Part shown: one piece after another, positions 18,881 through 28,938 of the stretch
Position numbering within the stretch: the first letter of the stretch is position 1
Layout of the letters: the number at the start of each line of letters is the position of its first letter
DNA from: a virus
Lineage: Duplodnaviria > Heunggongvirae > Uroviricota > Caudoviricetes
Length of the DNA stretch: 64,000 bases
Reading direction: 5' to 3' (one strand)
Virus record (IMG/VR): IMGVR_UViG_3300020045_008999
Location: 320,001-384,000 of that record
The notes under the pieces: generated by a model
The model's database searches: none
What the model was told of the DNA's origin: nothing
Seen by the model: only the letters and a program-made list of their open reading frames with translations
Made by a program: the position numbers and the translations under genes

Positions 18881-18907
18881 TTATATCTAATTTCGATAGG
18901 ATTGTTT
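18881..18907 (-). promoter_or_regulatory. AAAC-N18-TATAA promoter (uvsY)
   Basis: Consensus match. Confidence 0.75.
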
Positions 18908-18909
18908 AT

Positions 18910-19605
18910 TTATTCTTCTACTTCATTGATATACAGATACACATATTTCATGAACTTTTGCATTTCTTTTGGTGTAAGTACTTTTTTATAAATATCGTGT
19001 ACCCATGTTTCTGTTTTTTTAGTATCCTTGATACTATCTAACATTTGTGCTTTGCTGAGACCCTTTGCTTTCATCTGATCCACCATTGATTGTGCGTATG
19101 CCATCTGTTCAGTATGGTGAGAAAAATATTCTTTTGTGCCCTTATCATCACCACCGGGTGCTCTTTCTAATGAGTAGGAATTCTTATCGCTACGCTGCAC
19201 TTGTTGAGCATGGATACTTTCGTGACGTAATATTTCATGTAATAATTTTATAAACGGGTGTAATTTATCAGTTTTTAGCATTATCATTAACTCATCAATC
19301 ATAACGACTATCTGTGTTTGATTAATGTGTTTATTGAATAATGCAAATTGTAAGCCGGGGAAGATTTTCATTTCTTTTGGTGGTGCTTTTTCGCGTTCAG
19401 TATCTGTTACTAAAGTTGAATAGAATGTATCGTAATCAACGAACTGTACCCCGGTTCCAATACATAAATGGTTTATATCTTCGAATGAGGTAATATTTAG
19501 TGCATTTTCTTTTATTTGTGATAGTAATTCACCATAATCATATGGTTTGATGATTGATTCATTTACTGCATTAAATGCTTTAAATGATGTTTTGATATTT
19601 TTCAT
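18910..19605 (-). CDS. Zincin-like metallopeptidase-domain protein
   Basis: HESIH (HExxH) plus downstream E-x2-AY. Confidence 0.6.
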   Translation of the reverse strand: MKNIKTSFKAFNAVNESIIKPYDYGELLSQIKENALNITSFEDINHLCIGTGVQFVDYDTFYSTLVTDTEREKAPPKEMKIFPGLQFALFNKHINQTQIVVMIDELMIMLKTDKLHPFIKLLHEILRHESIHAQQVQRSDKNSYSLERAPGGDDKGTKEYFSHHTEQMAYAQSMVDQMKAKGLSKAQMLDSIKDTKKTETWVHDIYKKVLTPKEMQKFMKYVYLYINEVEE

Positions 19606-19608
19606 ATT

Positions 19609-20511
19609 TTATATTTTTTGTATAAATAAGTATAATTTGTATATACTGTTCCCTTTAATGTTTTTAATACGTTTCAATTGTTCACCATCAATAGAGTCCA
19701 TAACCTTATAAACACCCAAATTTTGTCCTTTTTCGTTTAATACCTTAACAGTATTTCCCGCTTGTCCGTAGGTACCCATAACAGCAATATACTTATTGCC
19801 ATATATACTTTTTAAGAAGCTCATTCTTAAATTTTTAATATCCACCGAATTATTAACATATTGATTATCCATAGGTGATTTCAAGTCAATATCTGATTCA
19901 GTATCACTTATTTTAATAGTAATGAATTTCCGATCCCCATCAGATAATGATAGTTCTTCTTTATCCTGTATTTCTTTGGCTTTAATTAATATCTGTTGGT
20001 TTTTTCTAATTTGGTTGAAATCTGCACGGGCGATAATCCCACCGCGCATTCCTTTATCCTCCATGTTATATCCAGCCGGCGGCAATCTAAAGAAGCTTCC
20101 GGTAAAGGTCATTGATAGTACGCGATCTAGGCGAAACATTCTCCATATCTTCTTCATTTGACGGTTGGATGAAACGGACCATCCAGTTAAGTGATATCCC
20201 CTAATTAAAATTTTACCGGTTGATGATTTTCCAATTACCAATGGGTAAAAAGTTCGTTCCGATCCGGCAAAGTGTTTGTCCTTTTCACCTTTATAATTCA
20301 TTAAAAATACCATCCCAAATTTAATAGCCTTTATGACTAAATCCATATCTGGCTTCATTGGTTCATTAATTGGAACTTTTTCTATTTCTCTTACATTTTT
20401 AATACTAAATCTAGGTACGTATTCATTGTCCTCATTCAAACTATATTTTTGATATGGTACAAACTCAACTAATTTAGTATTGTAATAAGTCTTTATCTGT
20501 TTTAGATTCAT
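19609..20511 (-). CDS. WYL-domain-containing protein
   Basis: Y...ERTFYPLVIG...LIRGY...WRMFRLDRVLSM. Confidence 0.7.
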   Translation of the reverse strand: MNLKQIKTYYNTKLVEFVPYQKYSLNEDNEYVPRFSIKNVREIEKVPINEPMKPDMDLVIKAIKFGMVFLMNYKGEKDKHFAGSERTFYPLVIGKSSTGKILIRGYHLTGWSVSSNRQMKKIWRMFRLDRVLSMTFTGSFFRLPPAGYNMEDKGMRGGIIARADFNQIRKNQQILIKAKEIQDKEELSLSDGDRKFITIKISDTESDIDLKSPMDNQYVNNSVDIKNLRMSFLKSIYGNKYIAVMGTYGQAGNTVKVLNEKGQNLGVYKVMDSIDGEQLKRIKNIKGNSIYKLYLFIQKI

Positions 20512-20572
20512 ATACTATATATAAAAAATATGCTCTGTAATTTTTATATATACAGTAAAATAAAATTATTTC

Positions 20573-21268
20573 ATGGAAGATCGAAAAACATCAATAGAAA
20601 TGGACATTTATTATGATAAAATAAATACTTTAGTTGACAAATATATTGATGAATGGAATATTAAACCCTCAAACTTATATAAGTATTTGAAATTTGGAAA
20701 TAAAAGATTTGAAAAATTTATAAGTAACTCAGGGTTGACGGATTTCAAATACATTAACAAAGTCGTTACTGATGTATTGGAGGATCGTTTAGCTATGGAA
20801 TTAGATGGTGTTCTCACATTTGAAAGTTATTTGATTAACGAAGCAATTTTAAGTGATATTGATCCTTCGGATATTAATCATGAAAAAATATTAGCAGATC
20901 TTTATAATACCTCACTAGGACATATCAATATAATTGATACTTATAAACACATATACCAGGTTAATGATTTTGGATCAATCTTTAATGTTATTATTTACTC
21001 AGGGGCTGAGGTTGATAAAATTAAATTTAATATAAAAGAGGATTTTAGTACTAAAATTGCAAATAAAAAACTCACGATTGATTCAGTGGGTGTAGTATTT
21101 AAATTATCAGATATTTTAGCAAGTGATAAATTAGCAAAAGAATTTGAAGAAAAATTAGATTACAAAAATCTAATGGAATATATTTTAAAATTATTGAAGT
21201 CCGACATATCCGATTCAGAACTTACGTATAAAGAATTTAAAGGGTTTCATATTTGGGAAATCGTGTAA
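20573..21268 (+). CDS. Hypothetical protein
   Basis: 231-aa ORF; late-type motif upstream; internal LTFESYLINE peptide. Confidence 0.7.
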   Translation: MEDRKTSIEMDIYYDKINTLVDKYIDEWNIKPSNLYKYLKFGNKRFEKFISNSGLTDFKYINKVVTDVLEDRLAMELDGVLTFESYLINEAILSDIDPSDINHEKILADLYNTSLGHINIIDTYKHIYQVNDFGSIFNVIIYSGAEVDKIKFNIKEDFSTKIANKKLTIDSVGVVFKLSDILASDKLAKEFEEKLDYKNLMEYILKLLKSDISDSELTYKEFKGFHIWEIV

Positions 21269-21360
21269 GAAATATACATTACTTTTAAAAAAAAGGTGCA
21301 ACATCATGATATATATATAATAAATATATTATTATTATATTATATATTTTTGTTCTAATC

Positions 21361-21397
21361 TAAATAATCCCTTATATTGATTATAAGGGATTATTTA
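21361..21397. terminator. 16-bp perfect inverted repeat between convergent genes
   Basis: TAAATAATCCCTTATA-TTGAT-TATAAGGGATTATTTA. Confidence 0.6.
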
Positions 21398-21477
21398 ATT
21401 TAATTGATATATTGACTTATAGATTGTTTAATTTTGTAAATAAGGCATGTTTAATGAATAATTAGTATAGTATATAT

Positions 21478-23253
21478 TTATTCTGATCGCCACATGATAA
21501 AATTATATCCATTGGTAGTAATTTCTTCCACTTCCCCATTATATGTATCTAATGAATCCGCAGTACCATATACATTGATTGCTAGTTCTGCTAATTTATA
21601 GGTATCGACGTGTGTACTGGCGGATAAATACATATCACCGTCCATCATTTCAGCATATCCATATGGATCATCCTCTATTTCTTCTTTTCTATCACTATTC
21701 ATTTGTGATAACACACTATCTTCCATATCATCCTTTAGACTTTGAATATAATCATCAAAAGAAGACTCTGACATATCACCATCTTCATCTGCTTCGATTT
21801 CACTATAATCTTCCCAATTATCGCGGATGTCATCTTCGTCAATATGTTCAGACCATTCAATATCTTCTGGAACCGATTCATGAAAAAGTGATTCAATGAA
21901 TGTATGTCGATTTACTGCTTGTCTTACAAAATATTTATCACGATACGCATCAAAAGGATTATCAAAATCTTCGATTCTTCCTTCTTCGTAATCGGTTCCG
22001 TAATCCATTACATCTTCCTCTTCACCTATTTTAAATTTCATTTGTTCAAATTCAAATGTATAAATATTGTAACTATTAGATTCCGAATCAGATATATCAA
22101 ATAAAACATCATAAATATCTTCATCAATACTTTCTAAGAAAGGTAAATCAAGACCGTGATTATCCGTTAAATATTCAATCAATGTCTGTACTAAATCATT
22201 ACTATCATCCCATTCATCAATCTCACGTTTAAGTAAATTTTCTTCGCTAAGTCTGGCAATTCTATTTTGTTCAGCAATTATTAACATTTTTTCATTCTCT
22301 GATAACATGCGCTCATATTCTACCCTTGCTGCTTCTTTTTCTTCATTACTAATCGGTGTTAAGTATTTCATTAAATTTTCAATATGCTCAGGAATGTTTG
22401 ATTTTATTTCGTAGTCATTAAAATCATGAGCGTCTGTAATATTACCAGAATTACCGATGGTTACACCACAAAAGTATAATGGGTCTGAAATTAATAATTT
22501 AAAATTCCAAATAAAATATTGTTGTTTAATTGAATTTATGCTTGGTGTTACAATACTTTTCCAGCTACTAGGCTGGTTTACAATACACCAGTTAGTGGAA
22601 CCTAGATATGCGGATGCTTCAAATTTTTTAATTTTTGTTATGATAATTTCTTCATCCGGATCTTGGTATACTATTTCAGCACCATCAACTGAGGCGATTT
22701 TAGCAATCATGCTATCATAATTACCTCCACTTTTAAATTTAGATATAAAGTCAGCCATTGTATCAACAAGTTCATGATAGTCAGAAACTTTTGATATTTT
22801 CTTAAAGAAACCATTTTTGACCTCAATATCATATATGTCTTGTGCTAGTATGGCGAACTTTTCAACATAATTACCGGAATCGTCAAGCACCATAGTCTTC
22901 AATACTTTTGGTAGTTCATCATGTACAGATTTTATTTTTTTCTGCATTCTAATCTTATCAATTTCATCAATAAGATCATTATAATTGGTATAGTTGACAG
23001 CCGCATTTCTTAATTTGGAAGCATCGTTCGATTTTAGGAACTCTAATAATTTAGTAAGATCATTTAGATTTACCGATTGTTCATAATGAAAAATGGTGAA
23101 CATTCCCAAAAATCCGGTATTATTCCTAAGTAGATCTTTTATTAATGTAAAATTATCATCATTTCTATCAACATTGATACGTTTTAAATATGCAGTTGCT
23201 TGTTTTAAATTTTCATTAATAATAAATGAATTCCAATTTGCTATTTTTTTCAT
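21478..23253 (-). CDS. Hypothetical protein with GSTNWCI motif and acidic C-terminus (probable head-internal protein)
   Basis: 591-aa ORF; MKKIANWNSFIINE N-terminus; late-type motif upstream. Confidence 0.65.
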   Translation of the reverse strand: MKKIANWNSFIINENLKQATAYLKRINVDRNDDNFTLIKDLLRNNTGFLGMFTIFHYEQSVNLNDLTKLLEFLKSNDASKLRNAAVNYTNYNDLIDEIDKIRMQKKIKSVHDELPKVLKTMVLDDSGNYVEKFAILAQDIYDIEVKNGFFKKISKVSDYHELVDTMADFISKFKSGGNYDSMIAKIASVDGAEIVYQDPDEEIIITKIKKFEASAYLGSTNWCIVNQPSSWKSIVTPSINSIKQQYFIWNFKLLISDPLYFCGVTIGNSGNITDAHDFNDYEIKSNIPEHIENLMKYLTPISNEEKEAARVEYERMLSENEKMLIIAEQNRIARLSEENLLKREIDEWDDSNDLVQTLIEYLTDNHGLDLPFLESIDEDIYDVLFDISDSESNSYNIYTFEFEQMKFKIGEEEDVMDYGTDYEEGRIEDFDNPFDAYRDKYFVRQAVNRHTFIESLFHESVPEDIEWSEHIDEDDIRDNWEDYSEIEADEDGDMSESSFDDYIQSLKDDMEDSVLSQMNSDRKEEIEDDPYGYAEMMDGDMYLSASTHVDTYKLAELAINVYGTADSLDTYNGEVEEITTNGYNFIMWRSE

Positions 23254-23287
23254 ATTATGTAAATGTTTTACCTATATATAAAAACAA

Positions 23288-23313
23288 AAAAACGCACTTG
23301 ATAGTGCGTTTTT
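23288..23313 (-). terminator. Intrinsic terminator
   Basis: AAAAACGCACT-TGAT-AGTGCGTTTTT. Confidence 0.75.
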
Positions 23314-23536
23314 ATTTGATTAACCAACCAATTCCGTGTGGGAAACGTGAGTCAATATATTTTCTAATTTGATCACATTTCTCATATTCTTCTAACCCTT
23401 CATAATATATTTTCATTTTACCAAGATAACGTTGTGTATATGGTTTATTTACCATATTTAAATGTTCGCCATTGAGCAAACGTTTATAATCTTCTGAGAA
23501 AATATATTCAACTGTGATATTAACTTGGGTTTTCAT
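23312..23536 (-). CDS. Small protein with UVR-like motif
   Basis: YYEGLEEYEKCDQIRKYI resembles the UvrB/C (UVR) E-x-Y-E-x-A/C-x2-I-R pattern. Confidence 0.5.
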   Translation of the reverse strand: MKTQVNITVEYIFSEDYKRLLNGEHLNMVNKPYTQRYLGKMKIYYEGLEEYEKCDQIRKYIDSRFPHGIGWLIK

Positions 23537-24632
23537 AAAAATGCTTTCTTATTTTTAATAATGAATTACTTAAAAATTGGATCACTTCTTCACTTGGTCG
23601 TTCCGGTAGTGAAGTATTACTATCATATAGAGTTTTCATTAATACTAAATCATTTTGTGAATTAGTCAACAATGTTTCTAAATCAATTTCACCATTTTTT
23701 ATAGCTAATAAATATTCTCGGTTTGGCCGTTTCATAATTACCCCTTTGCCCTCACCAATTTCATTACCCATGTCTATCAATCGCTGAGTATGCATCATAT
23801 TCTTACCATCAATTTTACTTTCACTATTATTAACTGCTATCCAACGATCCATATTTCGTTTAGTTAAATAATCTTGGTATTCATTGAAATCGGAACAATG
23901 TTTACTATAAGCATCTTTATTAAAGCTAAGGTGACCGATGAAAAAGTTACTTGGAATATCTTTGGGGATACTACTGACACGAACTTCATTTGATGCACCA
24001 ATTTCAATACCTCTTAAACCGATTATTTCTGAGAAATCATAATAGGCCGCGTATGAATCTCTTGCATGCGGCAGTTTAGCCAATCCTACTAGATTTGGGT
24101 TGAGATTTTGTTCAGAAAGATATTTTGATATTTCAATAGTTTTTATCCCATCCATGAGATAACAAAAATCAATTGGGGTTTTACGTACAGTTCTACTTTT
24201 TTCCCAATTGTTTTTTTTATCCTTCCCCTTTGATTTCAAAATTTGTTTATTCGCGTATGAGGTGAATGTTCGGTAGCATATTTTCGACAAATAAGAATCC
24301 CGGTTAGAAATCAATTCATCAAAGATTGGATGCTGATATATAACACAATCAGTTGTTGTATTAATTACCTCAAGTGCGGTTGGATTATTCCCCTTTAACA
24401 TAGATATAAATTTCTTTATTTCAAAAAGAGAAATATTATTGTTATCGGTGTTTATTTCAGTAATATCTGAATCTAAAAAGAAATCATTGGATCCCATGAT
24501 AAATACCCCTCGATAATCACGATCTGACTTCTCGGTGTTTGTACCATACGAATGTGATCCACCAAGAACTACAAATAATAGTTCGGCACCTGGGTGTTTT
24601 TCGGATAATAAGTTTTGTATTTTATCTTGCAT
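23520..24632 (-). CDS. Predicted nucleotidyltransferase (RlaP/YcgL, T4 NrdC.11-like family)
   Basis: GGSHSYGTNTEKSDRDYRGVF, NNPTALE, DGKNMMHTQRL, LLAIKNGE. Confidence 0.85.
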   Translation of the reverse strand: MQDKIQNLLSEKHPGAELLFVVLGGSHSYGTNTEKSDRDYRGVFIMGSNDFFLDSDITEINTDNNNISLFEIKKFISMLKGNNPTALEVINTTTDCVIYQHPIFDELISNRDSYLSKICYRTFTSYANKQILKSKGKDKKNNWEKSRTVRKTPIDFCYLMDGIKTIEISKYLSEQNLNPNLVGLAKLPHARDSYAAYYDFSEIIGLRGIEIGASNEVRVSSIPKDIPSNFFIGHLSFNKDAYSKHCSDFNEYQDYLTKRNMDRWIAVNNSESKIDGKNMMHTQRLIDMGNEIGEGKGVIMKRPNREYLLAIKNGEIDLETLLTNSQNDLVLMKTLYDSNTSLPERPSEEVIQFLSNSLLKIRKHFYENPS

Positions 24633-24685
24633 CTTTTATTTTTTACAAATATACAAATTAATATATAACAAAAACAACTAACCAT

Positions 24686-25303
24686 ATGATTACTTATAAA
24701 AACTTATTAGATTTTGTCGCAGAAAATAAAAAAGCACTAAATAAAGATAGTTTAATATTAATTTTGGACAAGCAAACAAATAATTTTAAAATATATAGTC
24801 ATTCTGGATATCTAAACATAGACACCTTTCAATTTACTGATACCGATGGAAAAATACTCTTTACTGAACTAAAGAGTAATTCTGGTAAAGTTGATTCAAC
24901 TGGTGTAATATCAATGTGGGTATTTCCACAGAAATGTATATTGGATCCAAGTATTGAAAAAACGAGTTTATCAACATTCAGAGATGTTGAATATAATAAT
25001 TCTTTTGATAGACATGGGTTTGTTACCATTGATGAATTTAATAAAAATCTCAAAAAATACAATTTCAATGATGAATCGATATTGACAACATGTGGTGTAG
25101 GGCCGGACTTTGCAATGGTATCTGGTATTGAACTATTAACAAAACCCAAATTTCACATGACTGATTCATATGGACACCGTAATGAGTATTCGTATAAGTA
25201 TAACTGCATTGCAATTGTACTTGGTGATGAAATTAAAAGGGATTATATCAGAGAATCAAACACCATAATAAAATTTGGTGACTTTTCGAAAAAAATCCAC
25301 TAA
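24686..25303 (+). CDS. Hypothetical protein
   Basis: 205-aa ORF; TTAATATATA upstream; C-terminal IIKFGDF. Confidence 0.65.
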   Translation: MITYKNLLDFVAENKKALNKDSLILILDKQTNNFKIYSHSGYLNIDTFQFTDTDGKILFTELKSNSGKVDSTGVISMWVFPQKCILDPSIEKTSLSTFRDVEYNNSFDRHGFVTIDEFNKNLKKYNFNDESILTTCGVGPDFAMVSGIELLTKPKFHMTDSYGHRNEYSYKYNCIAIVLGDEIKRDYIRESNTIIKFGDFSKKIH

Positions 25304-25307
25304 ATTC

Positions 25308-25634
25308 ATGAAAATAATAAAACTTTTCGAAGATTTTACTCGATATAATTTTGGTAAATATGTAGATAATCTAATCGAAATAGAAAATGATATATCAAAA
25401 GATAAAATATCACTCACACTGGAAGATTATGAAATGATAAGTAATGCAGTTCCGGGAATTATTTATCGGAGCGTACATGGCATAAAATTTATAATGATGA
25501 CAAAAGGCAATCATACATATATGATTTATTCATTAGGTGATTATTGTTATTATAAGATAACGTTATATTTCAACCAAACGACAGGTATACATATCATTGA
25601 TGGAATCGATGAACTAATTGACAGTTTATTTTAA
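25308..25634 (+). CDS. Hypothetical protein (MKIIKLFEDF N-terminus)
   Basis: ATG 25308, 4 nt after the upstream stop. Confidence 0.65.
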   Translation: MKIIKLFEDFTRYNFGKYVDNLIEIENDISKDKISLTLEDYEMISNAVPGIIYRSVHGIKFIMMTKGNHTYMIYSLGDYCYYKITLYFNQTTGIHIIDGIDELIDSLF

Positions 25635-25675
25635 TATGTAATGGGGATCAATAACATTGATCCCCATTACATATT
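25633..25675. terminator. 20-bp perfect inverted repeat between convergent genes
   Basis: AATATGTAATGGGGATCAAT-AAC-ATTGATCCCCATTACATATT. Confidence 0.65.
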
Positions 25676-25726
25676 CGTATTTTTTCTGGTGATAAATGGG
25701 CTATAAAACTATTGTGTTTATAATCC

Positions 25727-26110
25727 CTATTGTATTTGATTAATTGTGTATTTTAAATCTTCTTCAAATTGTTCTTTTGTTCTTATATCAAACCAATTGT
25801 TGATAAGGGCATTGATGAACCCTTTATATTTATGGTTTTTGGAATAAAAAATTTCTTCGATTTCGCTAATATTAATTCTGAATTTTTCGGCTTTACATTC
25901 TGATGAATTATATAAACAAATTACATCCAAATAATACAATTCTTCATCTTTATTGTACCTTTCTTTGTTCCAAGTTGTAAAAACAGGGATGATCTTAATT
26001 GACCGTCTTATACCAGTTTCGAAATAGTATGATATTTCTGTTGGTATATCAACATTCATTGCTTCTATCTCAACTGGTTTATATTTATATTGTTTTATAG
26101 TTAATTTCAT
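25727..26110 (-). CDS. Hypothetical protein
   Basis: 127-aa ORF with TTTG-N19-TAAATTTG promoter. Confidence 0.7.
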   Translation of the reverse strand: MKLTIKQYKYKPVEIEAMNVDIPTEISYYFETGIRRSIKIIPVFTTWNKERYNKDEELYYLDVICLYNSSECKAEKFRINISEIEEIFYSKNHKYKGFINALINNWFDIRTKEQFEEDLKYTINQIQ

Positions 26111-26135
26111 AATCGTTTACTGGATCGTTAAAATA

Positions 26136-26166
26136 CAAATTTAATAAAAAAAAAATAATATGCAAA
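26136..26166 (-). promoter_or_regulatory. Bacteroidota primary-sigma promoter TTTG-N19-TAAATTTG
   Basis: Matches the established -33/-7 consensus. Confidence 0.7.
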
Positions 26167-26232
26167 TATTTACCCATCATATTTAAAGTAAAACTCAAAA
26201 TTAATATATACAATAAATTGATATTTTATACA

Positions 26233-27219
26233 ATGGCAACATATAGTAATGGTAATCCACAATCAAATGCTGAGAGTATTGGTCTTGATGATATGATGGT
26301 CCGATTGAAAAATAACATGAATAATGACATTGCTGCCGAAGACGTTAGGTGGACAGCTTTTTCGTTATGGGATAAAATTGAGGCATTGGGTAGTATGATT
26401 TCAGATTATACATACAGTAACTCACAATCTACATTAACACCAGTTGGTGGTGTCCCTGTGGGGGCAACTTTTTCAAACTTCACATTGGATCAAATGTTCA
26501 ATGCGATGTTTTACCCAATCCAAAATCCATTATTATCCTTAATGGTTACTGCGAATCCGGTTAGAGAATTAGGGAGTAGTAATGTGGTAAACTTAGCATA
26601 TTCTGTTACCAAACGCACGGAAAACATTACTAGTATTATTGTAAATAATGGTTCAAATTTATATCCGGTATTATCTGGTAGTAGTGTCACAACGATTAGT
26701 CAAAATATAAATACAACATTGGCCATGACTGTGATTAGTGGTGTGAATACTATAGATACCACAACGTCAACAGTTACTTGGTTAAATAGCATATATATAT
26801 TCGGATTGACTTTTAATGCAATATATGATCTCACCAACAATCCATCAAGTGCAAGTATACTTGGTGGTTATTTGTCTGCCTCAATGACACTGTCAAGTGG
26901 AAATTTAATTACTACCAATACTACTACATCTAATATTGCATCAACTACGATAGCTGGAGGTACTCGAAATCAATTAAAAAGTGATCGACTTGGGACATAT
27001 TTAAATATTGGTGGTGGTAATAAATATATAACAATTGCATTACCAACATCATTTGGAACACCATCGTTTGAAACAAATGGGATGGTAAATACTGCTTTTA
27101 CCAAAATTGTATCTGCGCACGCTTTTAGGAATGCAAGTGGTTATACAGCCACTACATATGATGTTTGGATGAGTAATACACCAATGAATTCAACGTTGGG
27201 GTCACTTAAAATAACATAA
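26233..27219 (+). CDS. Ser/Thr-rich virion (fibre/decoration) protein
   Basis: Beta-rich S/T/N composition; late-type motif at 26201. Confidence 0.5.
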   Translation: MATYSNGNPQSNAESIGLDDMMVRLKNNMNNDIAAEDVRWTAFSLWDKIEALGSMISDYTYSNSQSTLTPVGGVPVGATFSNFTLDQMFNAMFYPIQNPLLSLMVTANPVRELGSSNVVNLAYSVTKRTENITSIIVNNGSNLYPVLSGSSVTTISQNINTTLAMTVISGVNTIDTTTSTVTWLNSIYIFGLTFNAIYDLTNNPSSASILGGYLSASMTLSSGNLITTNTTTSNIASTTIAGGTRNQLKSDRLGTYLNIGGGNKYITIALPTSFGTPSFETNGMVNTAFTKIVSAHAFRNASGYTATTYDVWMSNTPMNSTLGSLKIT

Positions 27220-27257
27220 GTATAGACTGTGTATAATTATAAAATAATTTAAAAAAA

Positions 27258-28178
27258 ATGAGTACTAATAATATAGGTTCCCTGGTTTCTTCACCGATTA
27301 GGCCAAATAATCCAGATGACATTATCGCTACTGCTTATGCAAGTGAAATAAAGGGTGGGCATCATTCTGTCGAAACAATCGCACTTAGAAATTCAATTAT
27401 ATCTCAAAGGAGAGAATTGGGTATGTTATGTAGTGTGTATAATGATCCAGGTTTTAATGGCACTTACCAGTTAAAATCGTACCCTAATACTTGGGAATTA
27501 TTCAATACGACTGAAAATTTGTCCAGTTCGTGGTTAAATTCAGTGATTGATACTATTAACATTTTACCAGGATCTCCGGCTATTGGTGATCGTTATTTAG
27601 CAGCGTTTGATAACACATCAGGGTTAATCCACACTGTTTATGAATATAAAGCAGTTGGATGGGTTACACAAGCTTCTGAAAATGGTGATGTGTTGGTAAT
27701 GAAAACCCAAAGTAATGTAATTTGGTATTATACTGGCACATATCCAAGTGGAAAGTGGATGAAACATCATATTGGTGGAATTTCTATTAAAAACTTCATA
27801 GTTGATGAAATAATTGAGGTACCTGAAAATTATCAATATTTTGTATATGGTGATTTGACCATTGATGGTGGGCAATTAATCAATTATGGTGAGGTTGTAA
27901 CCCTGAATGGGGACTTGATCATATTAAATGATGGAGTATTTATGAATTACGGTTCTTATTTATCACCTATTGTTGATCGTAAGAAATATGCGGCAGTCGT
28001 AACGACGGTACCCAATACCTCGTTAATATTGGTTCATAATATGAATACATTAGATGTTGTTGGTACATTATATTCGAATGGGGTTCCGGTCTCTATTGAT
28101 TTTATGGTTATTGATAATAATACTGTCTCAATCACAACCGTTAATGCAGTTTCGGGAAGAATTGTTGTTATGGGATAA
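27258..28178 (+). CDS. Tail-fibre-associated virion protein
   Basis: KGGHHSV...RNSI...RRELGMLCSV and PAIGDRYL modules typical of fibre proteins. Confidence 0.5.
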   Translation: MSTNNIGSLVSSPIRPNNPDDIIATAYASEIKGGHHSVETIALRNSIISQRRELGMLCSVYNDPGFNGTYQLKSYPNTWELFNTTENLSSSWLNSVIDTINILPGSPAIGDRYLAAFDNTSGLIHTVYEYKAVGWVTQASENGDVLVMKTQSNVIWYYTGTYPSGKWMKHHIGGISIKNFIVDEIIEVPENYQYFVYGDLTIDGGQLINYGEVVTLNGDLIILNDGVFMNYGSYLSPIVDRKKYAAVVTTVPNTSLILVHNMNTLDVVGTLYSNGVPVSIDFMVIDNNTVSITTVNAVSGRIVVMG

Positions 28179-28434
28179 TTTCTGATAATTTTGTCAGAAC
28201 TTTTTCTAAATTTTCTTTATTAAAATTAAATAGTGGAGTTCCGCCAATTTTAAGATAATCATTATACAATTGGTTATATTGATCAATTGTATAAATTTTA
28301 TTGGTAATTTCGGAATGTATTAATATAATACCAAGTGGTGAAACATCCTGATTGTGTGTAGGTGTGAGTCCTAGTTCAGTTGTATATTCAGTACCACTAA
28401 TTTCTTCGTTAAATAATTTCCATGTTTTAATCAT
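28168..28434 (-). CDS. Hypothetical protein (MIKTWKLFNEE N-terminus)
   Basis: 88-aa ORF overlapping the upstream gene's stop. Confidence 0.65.
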   Translation of the reverse strand: MIKTWKLFNEEISGTEYTTELGLTPTHNQDVSPLGIILIHSEITNKIYTIDQYNQLYNDYLKIGGTPLFNFNKENLEKVLTKLSEIIP

Positions 28435-28855
28435 TTTTTAGTGGTAATTTTTCGAAATATTCATCGTGGATTTCTAGTGTGTGATTATTTAAATTGAAGT
28501 TATAAACTATATTATATAAACAATTATCTTTTAATTTACTAATACCGGTGTTTGTTATTATACATATGTCATCTTCTATATATTTTACATCAATGATAGG
28601 TTCATTTGTGTAAATAACTTCTTTATTATTTTCTAATAGTACACTCACTTTATCATAAACACCAGATTTATTTAATAGGGTATAATCTTGCATATCATTC
28701 TTTGATATATTTGAAAAATTGTCTAAAAATTCTTGTTCTGATTTGGATATAATAATCCCTGATGACATTTTATCTAAAATGTCATTTAATTTATCATTTT
28801 TGATGGATTCATTAGTATTTAATAATTGCCACATGCCAAATTTAATTACATTCAC
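28427..28855 (-). CDS. Hypothetical protein with DUF6576-like motif
   Basis: LNDILDKMSSG...SKSEQEFL; late-type motif upstream. Confidence 0.65.
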   Translation of the reverse strand: MNVIKFGMWQLLNTNESIKNDKLNDILDKMSSGIIISKSEQEFLDNFSNISKNDMQDYTLLNKSGVYDKVSVLLENNKEVIYTNEPIIDVKYIEDDICIITNTGISKLKDNCLYNIVYNFNLNNHTLEIHDEYFEKLPLKND

Positions 28856-28902
28856 AATGTTTTTATTAGTTTATGTATATATTAATACGTGGATATGTCT
28901 TT

Positions 28903-28912
28903 TTAATATATA
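28903..28912 (+). promoter_or_regulatory. Late-type promoter TTAATATATA (tape-measure-like gene)
   Basis: One of 17 exact copies I located upstream of genes. Confidence 0.7.
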
Positions 28913-28938
28913 GATCAAATACACCACAACCTATTATT

